Shown in pieces: positions 1 to 14,893 of a stretch of DNA of 64,000 nucleotides (position 1 is its first letter; each line of letters opens with the position of its first letter). A program made the translations under genes and the position numbers. Below the pieces are notes generated by a model. The model worked only from the letters and a program-made list of their open reading frames with translations, ran no database searches and had not been told where the DNA came from. Where the stretch lies: assembly GCA_963695225.1 (NCBI GenBank), contig OY968762.1, positions 416,001 to 480,000 of the forward strand. Direction: 5' to 3'. The DNA is from Vulcanimicrobiota bacterium (GTDB lineage Bacteria; Vulcanimicrobiota; Vulcanimicrobiia; Vulcanimicrobiales; Vulcanimicrobiaceae).

Positions 1-321
1 CCAGAGATCTTCGAGCCGGCCGAGTTCGCTCGCTTCGGTCGCGACGATCAACTTGCCGACCTGCTTGTACTCGATGCCCTTCGCATCGCAGTACTGCCAG
101 GCGAGGCGGCGGCCTTCGACGCAGAGTTTCGCCTTGAACGACCCGGGCTTATAGTAGATCCCGGAATGGATGACGCCGCTGTTGCGGCCGGTCTGGTGCC
201 GGTTGAGGCCGGTTTCCTTCTCGACGTTGGCAACCTTGAGGTGAGGGAAGCGCTCGAGCAATTCACGGGTGGTCGCGAGCCCGACGATCCCCCCGCCGAC
301 CACGGCGATATCGTACGTCAT
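1..321 (-). CDS. lhgO: L-2-hydroxyglutarate oxidase (partial, runs off window start)
   Basis: Manual translation [17 protein letters not shown]...[32 protein letters not shown]-binding GxGxxG plus the Lhg[12 protein letters not shown] motif. Confidence 0.9.
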   Translation of the reverse strand, partial: MTYDIAVVGGGIVGLATTRELLERFPHLKVANVEKETGLNRHQTGRNSGVIHSGIYYKPGSFKAKLCVEGRRLAWQYCDAKGIEYKQVGKLIVATEASELGRLEDLW

Positions 322-498
322 ATCCAGCTATTCTCGCGCGAAGAACGACCCGCCCGCTAGGACTTTTTCCTCGACCAGCCCGCTCTCGGGAGCGGCGATG
401 GGAAGAAGGTCTCCACCGGCGGGCTGCCCGGCGGCAGGGTTCGTCGTATGCATCGAAAGAGGTAACAACGCGACCCCGAGGCCTCGAAAGGACGATCA

Positions 499-2067
499 GT
501 GGCGCCAGTATCCGCCCTCGCGACGCCGTTCAAGAACGAGAAGATCCGCAGCTTTACGGACGAAGCCGACCGGGCCTCGATCGAAGCCGCGCTTGCGCGC
601 GCAAGAGCCCGGCTCGGTGCGCGCTACGCGCCGGTCGTCGACGGCCGCAAGCTCGAGACGGCGGACGAGTTCCGCTCGCTGAACCCGGCGAATCCCGCGG
701 AGGTCGTCGGGGTCGTCGGCGCGGCGTCCGTCGAACAGGCGACGGCGGCCGTCGAAGCGGCGGCCCGGCGCTTCGAGAGCTGGAAGCGAACGAGCGCGAA
801 GGAACGCGCTGCCTGCGTCTTCCGGGCGGCCGAACTGGTCCGGCGTCGCCGAGATGACTTCAACGCGCTGCTCGTGCTCGAGGTCGGGAAGCCCTGGGTC
901 GAGGCGGACGCCGACACGGCCGAAGCGATCGATTTCCTCGAGTTCTACGCGCGCGAGGCGCTGCGCTATACGGAACCGCGCCCGCTCGTCCCGCTCGCGG
1001 GCGAAGAAGGCCGCCTCGCCTATATCCCGCTCGGCGCCGGCGTGGTGATCCCGCCGTGGAATTTCGCTCTCGCGATCATGGCCGGGATGACGACGGCCGC
1101 GCTCGTCGCCGGAAACACCGTCTGCCTGAAGCCCTCGGAGGACGCCTCCGTCATCGCGGCCGTCTTCGTCGAGCTCTTGACCGAGGCGGGCGTCCCGGAG
1201 GGCGTCGTGAACTTCGTGCCGGGCCCCGGCGCGACGATCGGCGAGGCGATGGTCGCGCACCCGAAGACGCGCTTCATCTCGTTCACGGGTTCGAAGGCGG
1301 TCGGGCTGCGCATCAACGAGCTCGCGAGCCGCGTCGCCGAAGGGCAGATCTGGATCAAACGGGTCGTCGCGGAGATGGGCGGCAAGGACGCGATCGTCGT
1401 CGCCGACGATGCCGACCTCGACGCCGCGGCGGACGGCATCGTCGCCTCCGCGTTCGGCTTCTCCGGGCAGAAGTGCTCGGCGTGCTCCCGGGCCATCGTC
1501 GACGCGCGTGTCTACGATGCGGTTCTCGGCAAGGTCGTCGAGCGTGCAAAACGGCTCGTCATCGGAGATCCGGCGCTCGGGCCGGTCGACGTCGGGCCGG
1601 TCATCAACCGCAAGGCGTACGACAGGATCCTCGGCTACGTCGAACGCGGCCGCGCGGAGGGGCGCCTCGTTCTGGGCGGGAGAGGGGTCCCGGGTACCGG
1701 GTTCTTCATCGAGCCGACGATCTTCGCGGACGTCGACCCGCAGGCGACGCTCGCCCAGGAGGAGATCTTCGGCCCCGTCGTCGCCTTCCTGAAGGCGCGC
1801 GATTTTTCGGATGCCCTCGCCGTCGCGAACGGGACCGAGTTCGGGCTCACGGGCGCCGTCTACAGCCGCGACGACGCGAAGCTGGAGCTTGCGCGGACGG
1901 ATTTCCACGTCGGCAACCTGTACTTCAACCGCAAGTGCACGGGCGCGCTCGTCGGCGTCCACCCCTTCGGCGGATTCAATATGTCCGGCACGGATTCCAA
2001 GGCCGGCGGGTACGACTACTTGGGGTTGTTTCTGCAGGCGAAGATCGTCTCGAAGCGATTGACGTGA
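499..2067 (+). CDS. pruA: L-glutamate gamma-semialdehyde (P5C) dehydrogenase
   Basis: ALDH motifs PWNF, FTGS, AEMGGKD, FSGQKCSAC, EEIFGP, and C-terminal PFGGFNMSGTDSKAGG typical of RocA/PruA. Confidence 0.92.
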   Translation: MAPVSALATPFKNEKIRSFTDEADRASIEAALARARARLGARYAPVVDGRKLETADEFRSLNPANPAEVVGVVGAASVEQATAAVEAAARRFESWKRTSAKERAACVFRAAELVRRRRDDFNALLVLEVGKPWVEADADTAEAIDFLEFYAREALRYTEPRPLVPLAGEEGRLAYIPLGAGVVIPPWNFALAIMAGMTTAALVAGNTVCLKPSEDASVIAAVFVELLTEAGVPEGVVNFVPGPGATIGEAMVAHPKTRFISFTGSKAVGLRINELASRVAEGQIWIKRVVAEMGGKDAIVVADDADLDAAADGIVASAFGFSGQKCSACSRAIVDARVYDAVLGKVVERAKRLVIGDPALGPVDVGPVINRKAYDRILGYVERGRAEGRLVLGGRGVPGTGFFIEPTIFADVDPQATLAQEEIFGPVVAFLKARDFSDALAVANGTEFGLTGAVYSRDDAKLELARTDFHVGNLYFNRKCTGALVGVHPFGGFNMSGTDSKAGGYDYLGLFLQAKIVSKRLT

Positions 2068-2071
2068 GGCC

Positions 2072-3286
2072 ATGAGCAACGAACGGCAACTCCGCGCGGC
2101 GCTCGGCGGCGTCGTCTTCGTCGCGGCGCTCGCGGTCGCAGCCTTCGGCATCTACCCGCATCCCTCGTTCTCGTCGGACGGGTACGCGTACGCCGTGCGG
2201 ATGCTCGTCGATCGCGGGCTCCCGTTGGAAGACGCGGTGCATCGCGCTCAGGAATTCTGGCAGCAGCAGCCGATCGCAACCGACCCGATGCAGGCGCATC
2301 TTTTTCGAGGCGATCAGGCGCCGCTATACTGGGACGTTTTCCAGCCGCGCGTCATCTACCCGTTCGTCGCCGCGATGCTCTACCCGCTACGGGGCTTCTA
2401 CGGGATGCTCGACATCTCGGCGTTCGCATACGTCGGCGCAGCGCTCGCGGTCTATTACCTCGCGCTGCAATTCGCCGGTGCGCTTCCATCCCTCGCCGTC
2501 ACGCTCGGCTTCATGCTCTATCCGGGGACGCTCGAGAATGCTCGCTCTACGCAGACCGATATGCTTGCGATGTTCTTCTCGACGCTGTGCATCGTCGCGC
2601 TCGTGCGGATTGCACGCGGCGGCGACCGTCGCTGGATCGTAACGCTCGCGGCGGCTTGCCTCTTGCTCGTATTCACGCGGCCTGCGTTCTACATCATCCT
2701 TGGCGGTGCGCTGGGCTTGGCTATCGGAGTCCGGGGCGCCGCACCCGCGTTGCGGCGGGCAAGCCTTGTCTGCGTCGGAATCGCGGCGGTTTGTGCGGGA
2801 CTCTACATCGCCGTCTCGCTCGGCATGGGGACGCCGAGCTTTTCGTACGTCGTCGCCGATGCGCGCGACGTTTTTTTCAGAACCCAGCCGGAGCTCGCTC
2901 AGCAATCGGCGCTCTCGAAACTCAAGAACGCCGGGTTACATTTCTCGCCGGACGACCCGCTCGGCGTTTGGTATGGGAAGATGGTCGTGAATTTGGTGCT
3001 GCGGGAGACGATCCGCGGCATTCTTTTCGTCTTCCCGCTGCTCGGCGCGCTTGGACTGTGGGCCTTCCGTAGGGATCCGGCGTTCGGGGCGCTCGTGGGC
3101 GTGCTGGCCGGGGGATCCCTCGTCCTACTGCTCGACCAGTGGTCCCAAGACATGACTCGCGTTCTGGAGGTTCCGATGCTGCCGGTGATCGCCGTCGGCC
3201 TCGTGGGCGCCGCAAGCGTCCTGTACGGGCGGCTCTTCGTCCCGAACGATCCCTTGGTTTCAACAGCGCTCGAAAAGACGTTATAA
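2072..3286 (+). CDS. Polytopic membrane protein, possible GT-C fold glycosyltransferase
   Basis: 404 aa with about 10 hydrophobic segments; D-containing loop after TM1, and TDM and TRP motifs reminiscent of PMT_2/GT-C. Confidence 0.5.
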   Translation: MSNERQLRAALGGVVFVAALAVAAFGIYPHPSFSSDGYAYAVRMLVDRGLPLEDAVHRAQEFWQQQPIATDPMQAHLFRGDQAPLYWDVFQPRVIYPFVAAMLYPLRGFYGMLDISAFAYVGAALAVYYLALQFAGALPSLAVTLGFMLYPGTLENARSTQTDMLAMFFSTLCIVALVRIARGGDRRWIVTLAAACLLLVFTRPAFYIILGGALGLAIGVRGAAPALRRASLVCVGIAAVCAGLYIAVSLGMGTPSFSYVVADARDVFFRTQPELAQQSALSKLKNAGLHFSPDDPLGVWYGKMVVNLVLRETIRGILFVFPLLGALGLWAFRRDPAFGALVGVLAGGSLVLLLDQWSQDMTRVLEVPMLPVIAVGLVGAASVLYGRLFVPNDPLVSTALEKTL

Positions 3287-3561
3287 GCCGACCGTCCGAG
3301 AATCCGCACGGCCCCGGAGCGCAGGGTCCGGACGGCGCCGCCCTGGACGCGATCGATACGCCGGCTTGTGCATGGGGGCACGAGCAGATCGGAGCCGCCG
3401 AAGAGCGTCCGTAGCCGCTACTTCGCTCGGATCCGGAACATCTGTCGGACGGGACGGCCGCCACTTGCCGGGCTCGTCCATCGGATCGGTCCGCCGTCTT
3501 CGCTAGCATAGTACGGCAAGCGGTATCCAGGAATAACTCCCAAAAAGACGCGCCTGGGGGG

Positions 3562-3590
3562 TTGACTCTAAGCTACGAGGTTGATATCAT
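3562..3590 (+). promoter_or_regulatory. sigma70 promoter of rRNA operon
   Basis: TTGACT-N17-TATCAT upstream of the 16S leader. Confidence 0.8.
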
Positions 3591-3665
3591 AGCCGCCGTG
3601 ACTCTGACGCCACGCAACATCGGTGCGGTCAGTGATCCGGCCCGACTAGGGTCTGGCTTTAGAGT

Positions 3666-3693
3666 TCGTTCCTTGAAAACTGAACAGTGCAGT
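3666..3693 (+). promoter_or_regulatory. boxA-like antitermination site / 16S processing stem 5' arm
   Basis: GTTCCTTGAAAACTGAACAGTGCAGT; complementary to 5676-5702 in the ITS; second boxA-like copy at 5768-5785. Confidence 0.75.
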
Positions 3694-3937
3694 AGCGCAT
3701 AAGTCTGTGGGTCTCCGGTCCGGAGCAGGCAAGCGCGGCGAAAGCCGCTTTTTGTTTGTCCCGAAACGTGAGATTTTTGGTCAGTCGCCCCGAGATCCGG
3801 CTCCACCGGTCCTCGGATCAGCGCCTGGCCCGTACAAGAATTGACCGATGCCGATCGCGAGATCGTCATCAAAAACCCAAGGCGCAAGTCTTGGGAAGCT
3901 TAGTCAGCGAATTTAGAGCCTCAAAGGCTCCATAAAT

Positions 3938-5445
<1,508 letters not shown>

Positions 5446-5884
5446 AGTACATGCCGTCGGCTCACGCCCAGCGTGAGGGCGCCGGCGTACTATACTTAAA
5501 GTCGACCACAGACGATGCCGATTCGTTCAGGGGTTCGCCGGCCAGTTATGGCTAAGGTCGAGCTGAGAACTACGGCGCGATGTTTTTCAGCATCGTAAGC
5601 GCACCCCGGTTTTCGGGGTCCCGGCAGAGGCGGGTTCAACCCGCCGGCATCCAGCGATGGATTGCCAGGTTGCCGACTGCACTGTTCAGCTTTGAGGGAA
5701 CGTCCCTCGTGGCTCGATTCGAATTTCGTATGATTTCGATCGGGAAACACGAGCGTCGCGTTGCTTCGATCCTTGAAAACTGCATAGAGAAGAACTTTCA
5801 TGTGCCAAACATGAAAAGCGGACTCTCTTTGGATTTTCCGTCCGGAGAGAGTGCAATTTCAAAGAAAAAGACAGATCGTACTTT

Positions 5885-8963
<3,079 letters not shown>

Positions 8964-9058
8964 TACGCTGTCGTTTGGCACTTGAAGGTTCTTCTCTATG
9001 CAGCTTTCCGGCGCGACACGCCTAGAGCTCAGGCTCGGCGTCGCGACGGGATCAGATT

Positions 9059-9175
9059 TCTGGCGCCCATAGCGGCGGGGTTCCACCCGTTCCCATCCCG
9101 AACACGGCAGTTAAGACCGCCAGCGCCGATGGTAGTCGGACCGCAGGGTCCCTCGAGAGTAGGACAGCGCCAGAT
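9059..9175 (+). rRNA. rrf: 5S rRNA
   Basis: CCCATCCCGAACAC and GCGCCGATGGTAGT motifs; terminal helix TCTGGCG/CGCCAGA. Confidence 0.97.
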
Positions 9176-9188
9176 CAACCCAAGAGAT

Positions 9189-9228
9189 GAGCCCGCCGGC
9201 CTCGAGGCCGAGCGGGCTCTCTCTATTT
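9189..9228 (+). terminator. rRNA operon terminator
   Basis: GAGCCCGC...GCGGGCTC stem followed by a pyrimidine tail right after 5S. Confidence 0.65.
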
Positions 9229-9584
9229 CCCGGGAGCCCTGAGCTCGCCGTCATGCCACCCTGAGTAAGTCATGGCCGCGGAAGGGCCACGATGATCGCT
9301 GGGCCCGCGGGCGGTGCCGGGCCAGCGGGCTCCCGCGGGGACGCTCGCGATTTCGCATCCATGCGAAGCTGAACAGGCGCTCCGCCTACGGCTCCGCGCC
9401 CCCCACACACAAAGCGCGTGGGGACCCCCCGCTCGCCCTCCTGGCTCCGCAGGCAAGCTGCACGCCCCGCAGGAGCCAGTCGCCCCGCACCGCTCGCTAC
9501 CTGTGCTGTCAACAGGGTGATCTTGCCGTAGAAGGTGCGCCCTAGCGCCGTTGCTGCGCCGCGTGATAGATTGGCGGTGCAGGT

Positions 9585-10133
9585 ATGGCGACTCCAGCGA
9601 TTCCGCAGATCCCCGCCGTCCTCGAGTTCGACGATTCGCAGAAGCCGTATGTCGAGTCTATTGGCGGCCGTCTCGAAGCCAAGATGAGTCCGAAGCTCAT
9701 CCACAGCCTCGTACAAACGGCCGTCGCCGCGGTTCTTAGGGCGTGGGCGGCCGGCCGCGGAGTCGTCGGCACGGAAATCCGCTTCTATTTCTTGCGCGAG
9801 AGCAAGCCGTCGTCGCTCTTGCCGGACGTGGCCTATATCTCGAACGAGAGGCTGCAGCGGGAGACGCGCGACGCATTCGACCGGCCGCGGTGCGCACCGG
9901 ACCTCGCCATCGAGATCTGGTCGCCCGGCGATAGCACGCGGACGCTCGAGGAAAAGATCGCCCTCTATCTCGCACACGGCAGCCCGGCCGTCATCGTGAT
10001 CGATCCCGAGGCGCGGCGAATCGAGTTCCACCGTGCCGACGGACGCGAAGCGCACGAGAGAACCGGCCTTATCCGGGTTGCTCCGTACGACGATCTGACG
10101 ATCGACTGCGGCGAACTGTTCCGAGATCTCTAA
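9585..10133 (+). CDS. Uma2 family (DUF820) endonuclease-like protein
   Basis: PDVAYIS...PDLAIEIWSPGD...KIALY...VIDP pattern. Confidence 0.9.
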   Translation: MATPAIPQIPAVLEFDDSQKPYVESIGGRLEAKMSPKLIHSLVQTAVAAVLRAWAAGRGVVGTEIRFYFLRESKPSSLLPDVAYISNERLQRETRDAFDRPRCAPDLAIEIWSPGDSTRTLEEKIALYLAHGSPAVIVIDPEARRIEFHRADGREAHERTGLIRVAPYDDLTIDCGELFRDL

Positions 10134-10192
10134 TCCGCGCTCGCTCCGCCATGCGGCCGCTCTCACAAACCGTACGTAAGGAGGCACGATAG

Positions 10193-10654
10193 ATGGCTCA
10201 TTCCGCGCAGCCCGTGATCCGCGAGTTGTATCCGTACTTACGCGTGCGCGACGCCGGCGCGGCGATCGAATTCTACGCTCGGGCCTTCGGTGCGGTCGAG
10301 CGCTTTCGCTTGACCGAACCGAACGGCCGCGTCGGTCATGCGGAGATCGTCATCGGGCCCGCGATCGTTATGCTGTCCGACGAATACCCGGAACATGGAA
10401 TAGTCGCCCCGGAGTCGGGCGCGCGCACGGCCGTCAGCATCCACCTGCACGTGGATGACGTCGACGACGTCTTCGAGCGCGCCGTAGCCGCGGGCGCTTC
10501 GGTGGTGCGCCCGCTTACAGACGAGTTTTACGGCGAACGAAGTGGGAAGCTGCGCGATCCGTTCGGCCACGAGTGGTTGCTCGGGTCGCAGATCGAACAG
10601 GTGACGCCCGAGGAAATGCAGCGCCGATATACGGCTTTGCTTGCCGGGGAGTAA
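10193..10654 (+). CDS. VOC/glyoxalase family protein (PhnB-like)
   Basis: PYLRVRDAGAAIEFY...HAEI...DEFYGERSGKLRDPFGHEW. Confidence 0.9.
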   Translation: MAHSAQPVIRELYPYLRVRDAGAAIEFYARAFGAVERFRLTEPNGRVGHAEIVIGPAIVMLSDEYPEHGIVAPESGARTAVSIHLHVDDVDDVFERAVAAGASVVRPLTDEFYGERSGKLRDPFGHEWLLGSQIEQVTPEEMQRRYTALLAGE

Positions 10655-10658
10655 CCGC

Positions 10659-11801
10659 TCAGAGGACGTGCGGCGTGATCAGGAAGACGATGTCGTCGCG
10701 CTCGTGGCCGTGCTCGCGGTTGCGGAAGATCGGCCCGAACACCGGCAGGTCGCCGAGCAGCGGAAACTTTCGCACGGTCTCGCGGTCGGTCTCTTGCAGC
10801 AAGCCGCCGAGCACGATCGTTTCGTCTCGTTCGATGCGGAGCGTCGTATCGATCTTCCGATTCTGAATGATCGGGTTCCCTTGCGGACTCGTCCCCGCGA
10901 ACGCGCTGTATTCCGGGTGCAATTCGGCCACGATCGAGCCGTCGGCGCCGATCGTCGGGGTCAGTCGCAGCCGCACGCCGATGTCCACGAATTTCACATC
11001 GGCGCTCGTCGTGCTGCCGGTCGTCACGGTGTTCGAGATCGGATACGACTGGCCGACGAGGAGGCTCGCCTCCTTGTTATTGAGCGTGGCGAGGCGCGGC
11101 GTCGCCAGCACTTTCGCGCGATTCTGCGTGACGAGCGCCGTCAGTTGCGCTTGAATCGGGATCGTCTTGTTCTTGAACGCCCAAGTTACTGTGCCCGGAC
11201 CGTCGTTCGGACCGGTGCCGGAGTAGAGGATGCCGATCTCCGAGCTGTCGGTCACGGTCAAATCGACGACGCGGACTTCGAACATCACTTGTGGGGTCGG
11301 CACGTCGAGCGCCCGCAGAAAGCTCCGCGCCGTCGCTAACGTGCGGGGCGTCCCGTGCACGAGGATCGCGTTTTGCCGCTCGTCGACCGTGTAAGAACGT
11401 TCGGGGAGGACGCCGGCGAGTTGCCTCTGCGCATCGGCCGAGCGCGCGTACTTGAGCCGGATCAGCGTTGCCGGTGCCTCGCCGACGTAGTTCCCGCTCG
11501 CGGAGGTGGTGCTCCCGACGATCGTGATCCCGCCTTCACGGCGGATTTGCAGGTCGTAGGCCTGCGCGAGAACGCCGAGCACGCGCCCGACGGGGACGTC
11601 CTGGAGGCGCAGCGTCACGTGGTCGTGCTTGACGGACGCATCGGCGACGATGTTGAGGCCGGATTCCATCGCGACCAAGCGCAGGACGTCGACGAGATCG
11701 GCATCCCGAACGTCCAGCGAAATGGAGCCGGCGGAATCGGCGAAGGCGGGCGAGGCCAGCAACGCGCAGGCCAGGAAGCAGCTCGTCAACCAGCGGCTCA
11801 T
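10659..11801 (-). CDS. pilQ: Secretin (PilQ/GspD family), compact
   Basis: Signal peptide, N0/STN-like ISLDVRDADL, N3 domain, and secretin signature ETIVLGGLL...PLLGDLPVFGPIFR...IVFLITPH. Confidence 0.88.
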   Translation of the reverse strand: MSRWLTSCFLACALLASPAFADSAGSISLDVRDADLVDVLRLVAMESGLNIVADASVKHDHVTLRLQDVPVGRVLGVLAQAYDLQIRREGGITIVGSTTSASGNYVGEAPATLIRLKYARSADAQRQLAGVLPERSYTVDERQNAILVHGTPRTLATARSFLRALDVPTPQVMFEVRVVDLTVTDSSEIGILYSGTGPNDGPGTVTWAFKNKTIPIQAQLTALVTQNRAKVLATPRLATLNNKEASLLVGQSYPISNTVTTGSTTSADVKFVDIGVRLRLTPTIGADGSIVAELHPEYSAFAGTSPQGNPIIQNRKIDTTLRIERDETIVLGGLLQETDRETVRKFPLLGDLPVFGPIFRNREHGHERDDIVFLITPHVL

Positions 11802-12304
11802 CGCGCGCCGACCGCGAGGTGGGCGCCGCCCGCCAGCGTGACCGCGCCAAGGCGAATGGCTGCGACCGTCGAGCCGGAGAGCGGGTCCCCGATGCGCACG
11901 AACCGCGTCGTCCCTCCCTCGTCCACGAGAGCGTACGGCGTGCGCCCCAGCACCGTCGCCAACACTTTGGCTCCCGCGATCGCCTCGCCGGGCAGCGCCG
12001 TGCCGGGCGGCGTCCCGGCGGCCCCGGCACTTGCAGGTCGAGCGGAGAGAGCTCCCGGAGCGATGGAGTCGGGAACGTCCCCACCGGCGAACGGATCGCG
12101 GACGACGACGATCCGCTCTCGGTGCGGCGTAGCGTAGGCCGGAGGGAGCTGCGGGATCAGGGCGCCCCCGGCCTCGCGGACCGGGGCCCGCGAGGCGAGG
12201 CGGACGCTCGCCGCAATCACTCCCGGCGGCAAGAGCAGGCCCGCGACGAGGGTAGCGGCAGTGCAGGCAGTAAGCGGCGTGGGTCGGCGGTGCGGGGCAA
12301 ACAT
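11798..12304 (-). CDS. PilP-like pilus assembly protein
   Basis: Lies between pilO and the secretin; RDPF motif and C-terminal beta domain (ALVD...VRIGD). Confidence 0.55.
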   Translation of the reverse strand: MFAPHRRPTPLTACTAATLVAGLLLPPGVIAASVRLASRAPVREAGGALIPQLPPAYATPHRERIVVVRDPFAGGDVPDSIAPGALSARPASAGAAGTPPGTALPGEAIAGAKVLATVLGRTPYALVDEGGTTRFVRIGDPLSGSTVAAIRLGAVTLAGGAHLAVGAR

Positions 12305-12313
12305 GGAGGCACC

Positions 12314-12925
12314 TCAGGGGGGCGGAGGGAGGCCGGCGCGCAACCGGATCGTTCCAAGGTGGATCGTCGCATCGACGCCGCTCGCGAGTCCCTCGGCGGA
12401 CTCATGCCGCTCGAGCCGGAGGCCGAGGACTCGGAGGGGCGTCGGCAAGTTCGAGAGGTCGGCGACCGTCGCGACCGTGTTTGCGAAGCTGCCGCTCAGG
12501 CGGAGTTCGAACCGGCCGGATTCCTCGCCCGGAAGCCCCGGGGGACGCGCCGGGAGCGTTCCGAGTGCCGGACCGGCCTCGGGCGCAAGCGAAAGGATGC
12601 GTACGCCGTTGCGCCTGGCGGCCCGCTGGACGTCGAGCAGAAGGCCGAGTCCCTCGGCACTCGGATCGGTGCGCAGCGCGATTCCGCGCAGGTCCGCGCG
12701 GATGCGCTCCGCCGCGGCTTCGATGCGCGGCCGCTCCGCGAGCGCCGCCTCCTCAGCGTCGGCACGCGCGGCTGCGCCGCGGGCGCGAGCATCGGCCGCC
12801 GCTATCGCGTCCTCGACGGGACGCAGCACGACGATGCCGGCCACGAGCGCGAGCAGCGCCACGAGCGCCTCCGGAGCGCGGAGCGCATCGAGCCTGGCAA
12901 TGCTTCCGCGCAAAGGGACGCTCAC
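12314..12925 (-). CDS. pilO: PilO-like pilus assembly protein
   Basis: N-terminal TM, coiled coil, FELRLSGSF; GTG start overlaps the pilN stop. Confidence 0.65.
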   Translation of the reverse strand: MSVPLRGSIARLDALRAPEALVALLALVAGIVVLRPVEDAIAAADARARGAAARADAEEAALAERPRIEAAAERIRADLRGIALRTDPSAEGLGLLLDVQRAARRNGVRILSLAPEAGPALGTLPARPPGLPGEESGRFELRLSGSFANTVATVADLSNLPTPLRVLGLRLERHESAEGLASGVDATIHLGTIRLRAGLPPPP

Positions 12926-13485
12926 GGCGCACGCTGCTGCAAGCGCAGCTCGAAGTCGACGCTCGAGCCGGCGTTCCAATCCGAATCGTGCAGGCGGGAA
13001 GCGACGAGGACCGGCATTGCGTACGCTTGCGCCTTAGAGAGGCGCGCGATCGCGTCGCCCAGCGCTTCGTAATCGCGCGAGCCGCCTTTGAGCGTCGCGC
13101 CGGTATCGTCGCACTCAAGGGATCCGAGCCAGACCTTCTCGGGCAGGCGAGCCGCGATCTCGGCGATCGCGCGCGCCCGCTTCTCGCCGCTCGCCTGCAC
13201 TTCGCGCAACGCTCGCGAGACGGCGCTCAGGCGCTCGACGGTCGCGACCGACGTCCTCAAGCCGCGCATCGCCTCGTCGGCTCTGGCGAGCCTGGCCTCC
13301 CCGCGGAGTGCCGCGGCGGACGCGTATCCCAAGCGCAAGCGCTCGATTCCCGCGCCGGCGGCGAGCAGGATCGCCGCGAGCAGAAGGGCTGCGAGCGTGC
13401 GGCGGGCTCGTGCTCCGAAGCCGAACTTCGCAAGCCGCGCCGCACGCGAAGCCGGATCGGCCTCGAGGAAGTTGAAGCCGTTCAT
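12922..13485 (-). CDS. pilN: PilN domain protein
   Basis: N-terminal FNFL PilM-binding-like motif, TM, LPEKVWLGSL...LKGGS; ATG overlaps the pilM stop. Confidence 0.75.
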   Translation of the reverse strand: MNGFNFLEADPASRAARLAKFGFGARARRTLAALLLAAILLAAGAGIERLRLGYASAAALRGEARLARADEAMRGLRTSVATVERLSAVSRALREVQASGEKRARAIAEIAARLPEKVWLGSLECDDTGATLKGGSRDYEALGDAIARLSKAQAYAMPVLVASRLHDSDWNAGSSVDFELRLQQRAP

Positions 13486-14453
13486 GCCGCGTCGCCCTCC
13501 TCCCGGAGCGCGAGCCCGATGCTCAAGGACCAATCGGGGGCCGAGGCACGGATCACGTCGCTCGGATACGGCGATGCTGCGATTGCCGGCTCGGCCGCGA
13601 ACTCGATGCGGCAACCCGTGTCTCGCTCGAGGCGCTCGAGCAGGCCTGGCAGACGAGCCCCGTTTCCGACGAGCACGACGTGCTGGATCTCGCCTGCTCC
13701 GTTCTTGCGCGCGGCGAACAGGGCTTGTCCGATCGCGGAGCACAGCGCGAGGAGCTCCGTCTCGCCCGCGCCTGCGAGGCCGACCGTCCGCTTCCTGCGT
13801 TCGGCCAGGGCGGGATCGATCGCCAGCGAGCGCTCGAGCGCGTGAGTGAGCGCGGCCGATCCGCCGGCCACAGCTACGCCGAACGGCGTCGCGCTGCGCA
13901 GCGCGTAGAAGCGAGCCCACGTCGAACCGATGTCGATCGCGGCATCGGCTCGCGGAAACGCGCGTCGCAGGGCAAACGCCTCGTGGTCGACGCAGACGAT
14001 CCGCAAGCCGGCGGCTCGGACGATCGCGAGCTTGCGCTCGTACGCGCTCCGCCGAACGATGCCGAGGGCGAAGAGATTCTGCGCCGGATCGAGCGGACGA
14101 ACGCGCACGAGCGCGTCGTCGAGCGCGTATTCGACGATGCGCGCGGCCTCGAAGCGCACGGCCGACATCCGTTCGCGCGCCGGCATGGGCGGCAGCGCGA
14201 TGGGGCGTACCGTCCCCGCGTCCTCGCCGATCGCGCAAACGCAGCGGCGTTCTGCGATCTCGAACTCCGAGAGGTGCCGCGCGATCGCGCGTCCGACGGC
14301 ATCGGCCGCGCGCCCGGAGCCGGACTCCGCCAGATCGAACGCGATCACGCGGCGTAGATGCGCCTGCGACCCATGCGCATCGAGTTGTGCGATTCGCACG
14401 CGCGTCGCGCCGATGTCGATCCCGAGCGGAAGGGGATTCGGCGCAAGCGTCAT
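13482..14453 (-). CDS. pilM: PilM actin-like pilus assembly protein
   Basis: LGIDIG, IDIG and VVLVGNGARLPGL motifs; start MTLAPNPLPLGIDIG. Confidence 0.8.
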   Translation of the reverse strand: MTLAPNPLPLGIDIGATRVRIAQLDAHGSQAHLRRVIAFDLAESGSGRAADAVGRAIARHLSEFEIAERRCVCAIGEDAGTVRPIALPPMPARERMSAVRFEAARIVEYALDDALVRVRPLDPAQNLFALGIVRRSAYERKLAIVRAAGLRIVCVDHEAFALRRAFPRADAAIDIGSTWARFYALRSATPFGVAVAGGSAALTHALERSLAIDPALAERRKRTVGLAGAGETELLALCSAIGQALFAARKNGAGEIQHVVLVGNGARLPGLLERLERDTGCRIEFAAEPAIAASPYPSDVIRASAPDWSLSIGLALREEGDAA

Positions 14454-14893
14454 CGCGCGACCGCTCCGACCGTCGCGCACAGCGCCCCGAACGCCAAATA
14501 TGGGCCGAACGGGAGGGCGTCGCCGCGACGCGCGCGCCGCAGAGCGAGCAACGTGAGGCCAACGCAAGCCCCCGCGACGAAAGCACAGCCGAGCGCGACC
14601 AGCCCGGGCATCACGCCGAGCCCCCCACCGATGCATGCGCCCAACTTGACGTCGCCGAGCCCGAGGCCGCGTCCCCTGGTCCCGGCGTGCAACAGGAACA
14701 GGCTTCCGCCCGCGGCGGCGGCGCCGGCGAGGGCAGTGCCGGCCGCTCCGTGCGATGCGGCGAGCAGAACGATCGCGGCGAAAGCCGGGTAGGTGATGCG
14801 GTTCGGAATCGTGCCGGTGCGAACGTCGCAGAGCGCGCACGCGACGCTGGCGCACAGTGCGAGCGCGGGCCCGAGCAGTGCGGCCGCGTTCAT
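14450..14893 (-). CDS. Prepilin peptidase (A24 family, peptidase domain only)
   Basis: DVRTGTIPN, GLGDVKL and LPFGPYL motifs; lacks the N-terminal methyltransferase Cys cluster. Confidence 0.85.
   Translation of the reverse strand: MNAAALLGPALALCASVACALCDVRTGTIPNRITYPAFAAIVLLAASHGAAGTALAGAAAAGGSLFLLHAGTRGRGLGLGDVKLGACIGGGLGVMPGLVALGCAFVAGACVGLTLLALRRARRGDALPFGPYLAFGALCATVGAVAR

Noticed and set aside
496..2151. Long antisense and alternate-frame ORFs (also 19399-20943, 23167-24762, 32396-34147, 57720-59177, 62902-63666)
   Set aside because: Shadow ORFs of well-supported genes in high-GC DNA; low-complexity, often Arg/Ala/Pro-rich, with no motifs
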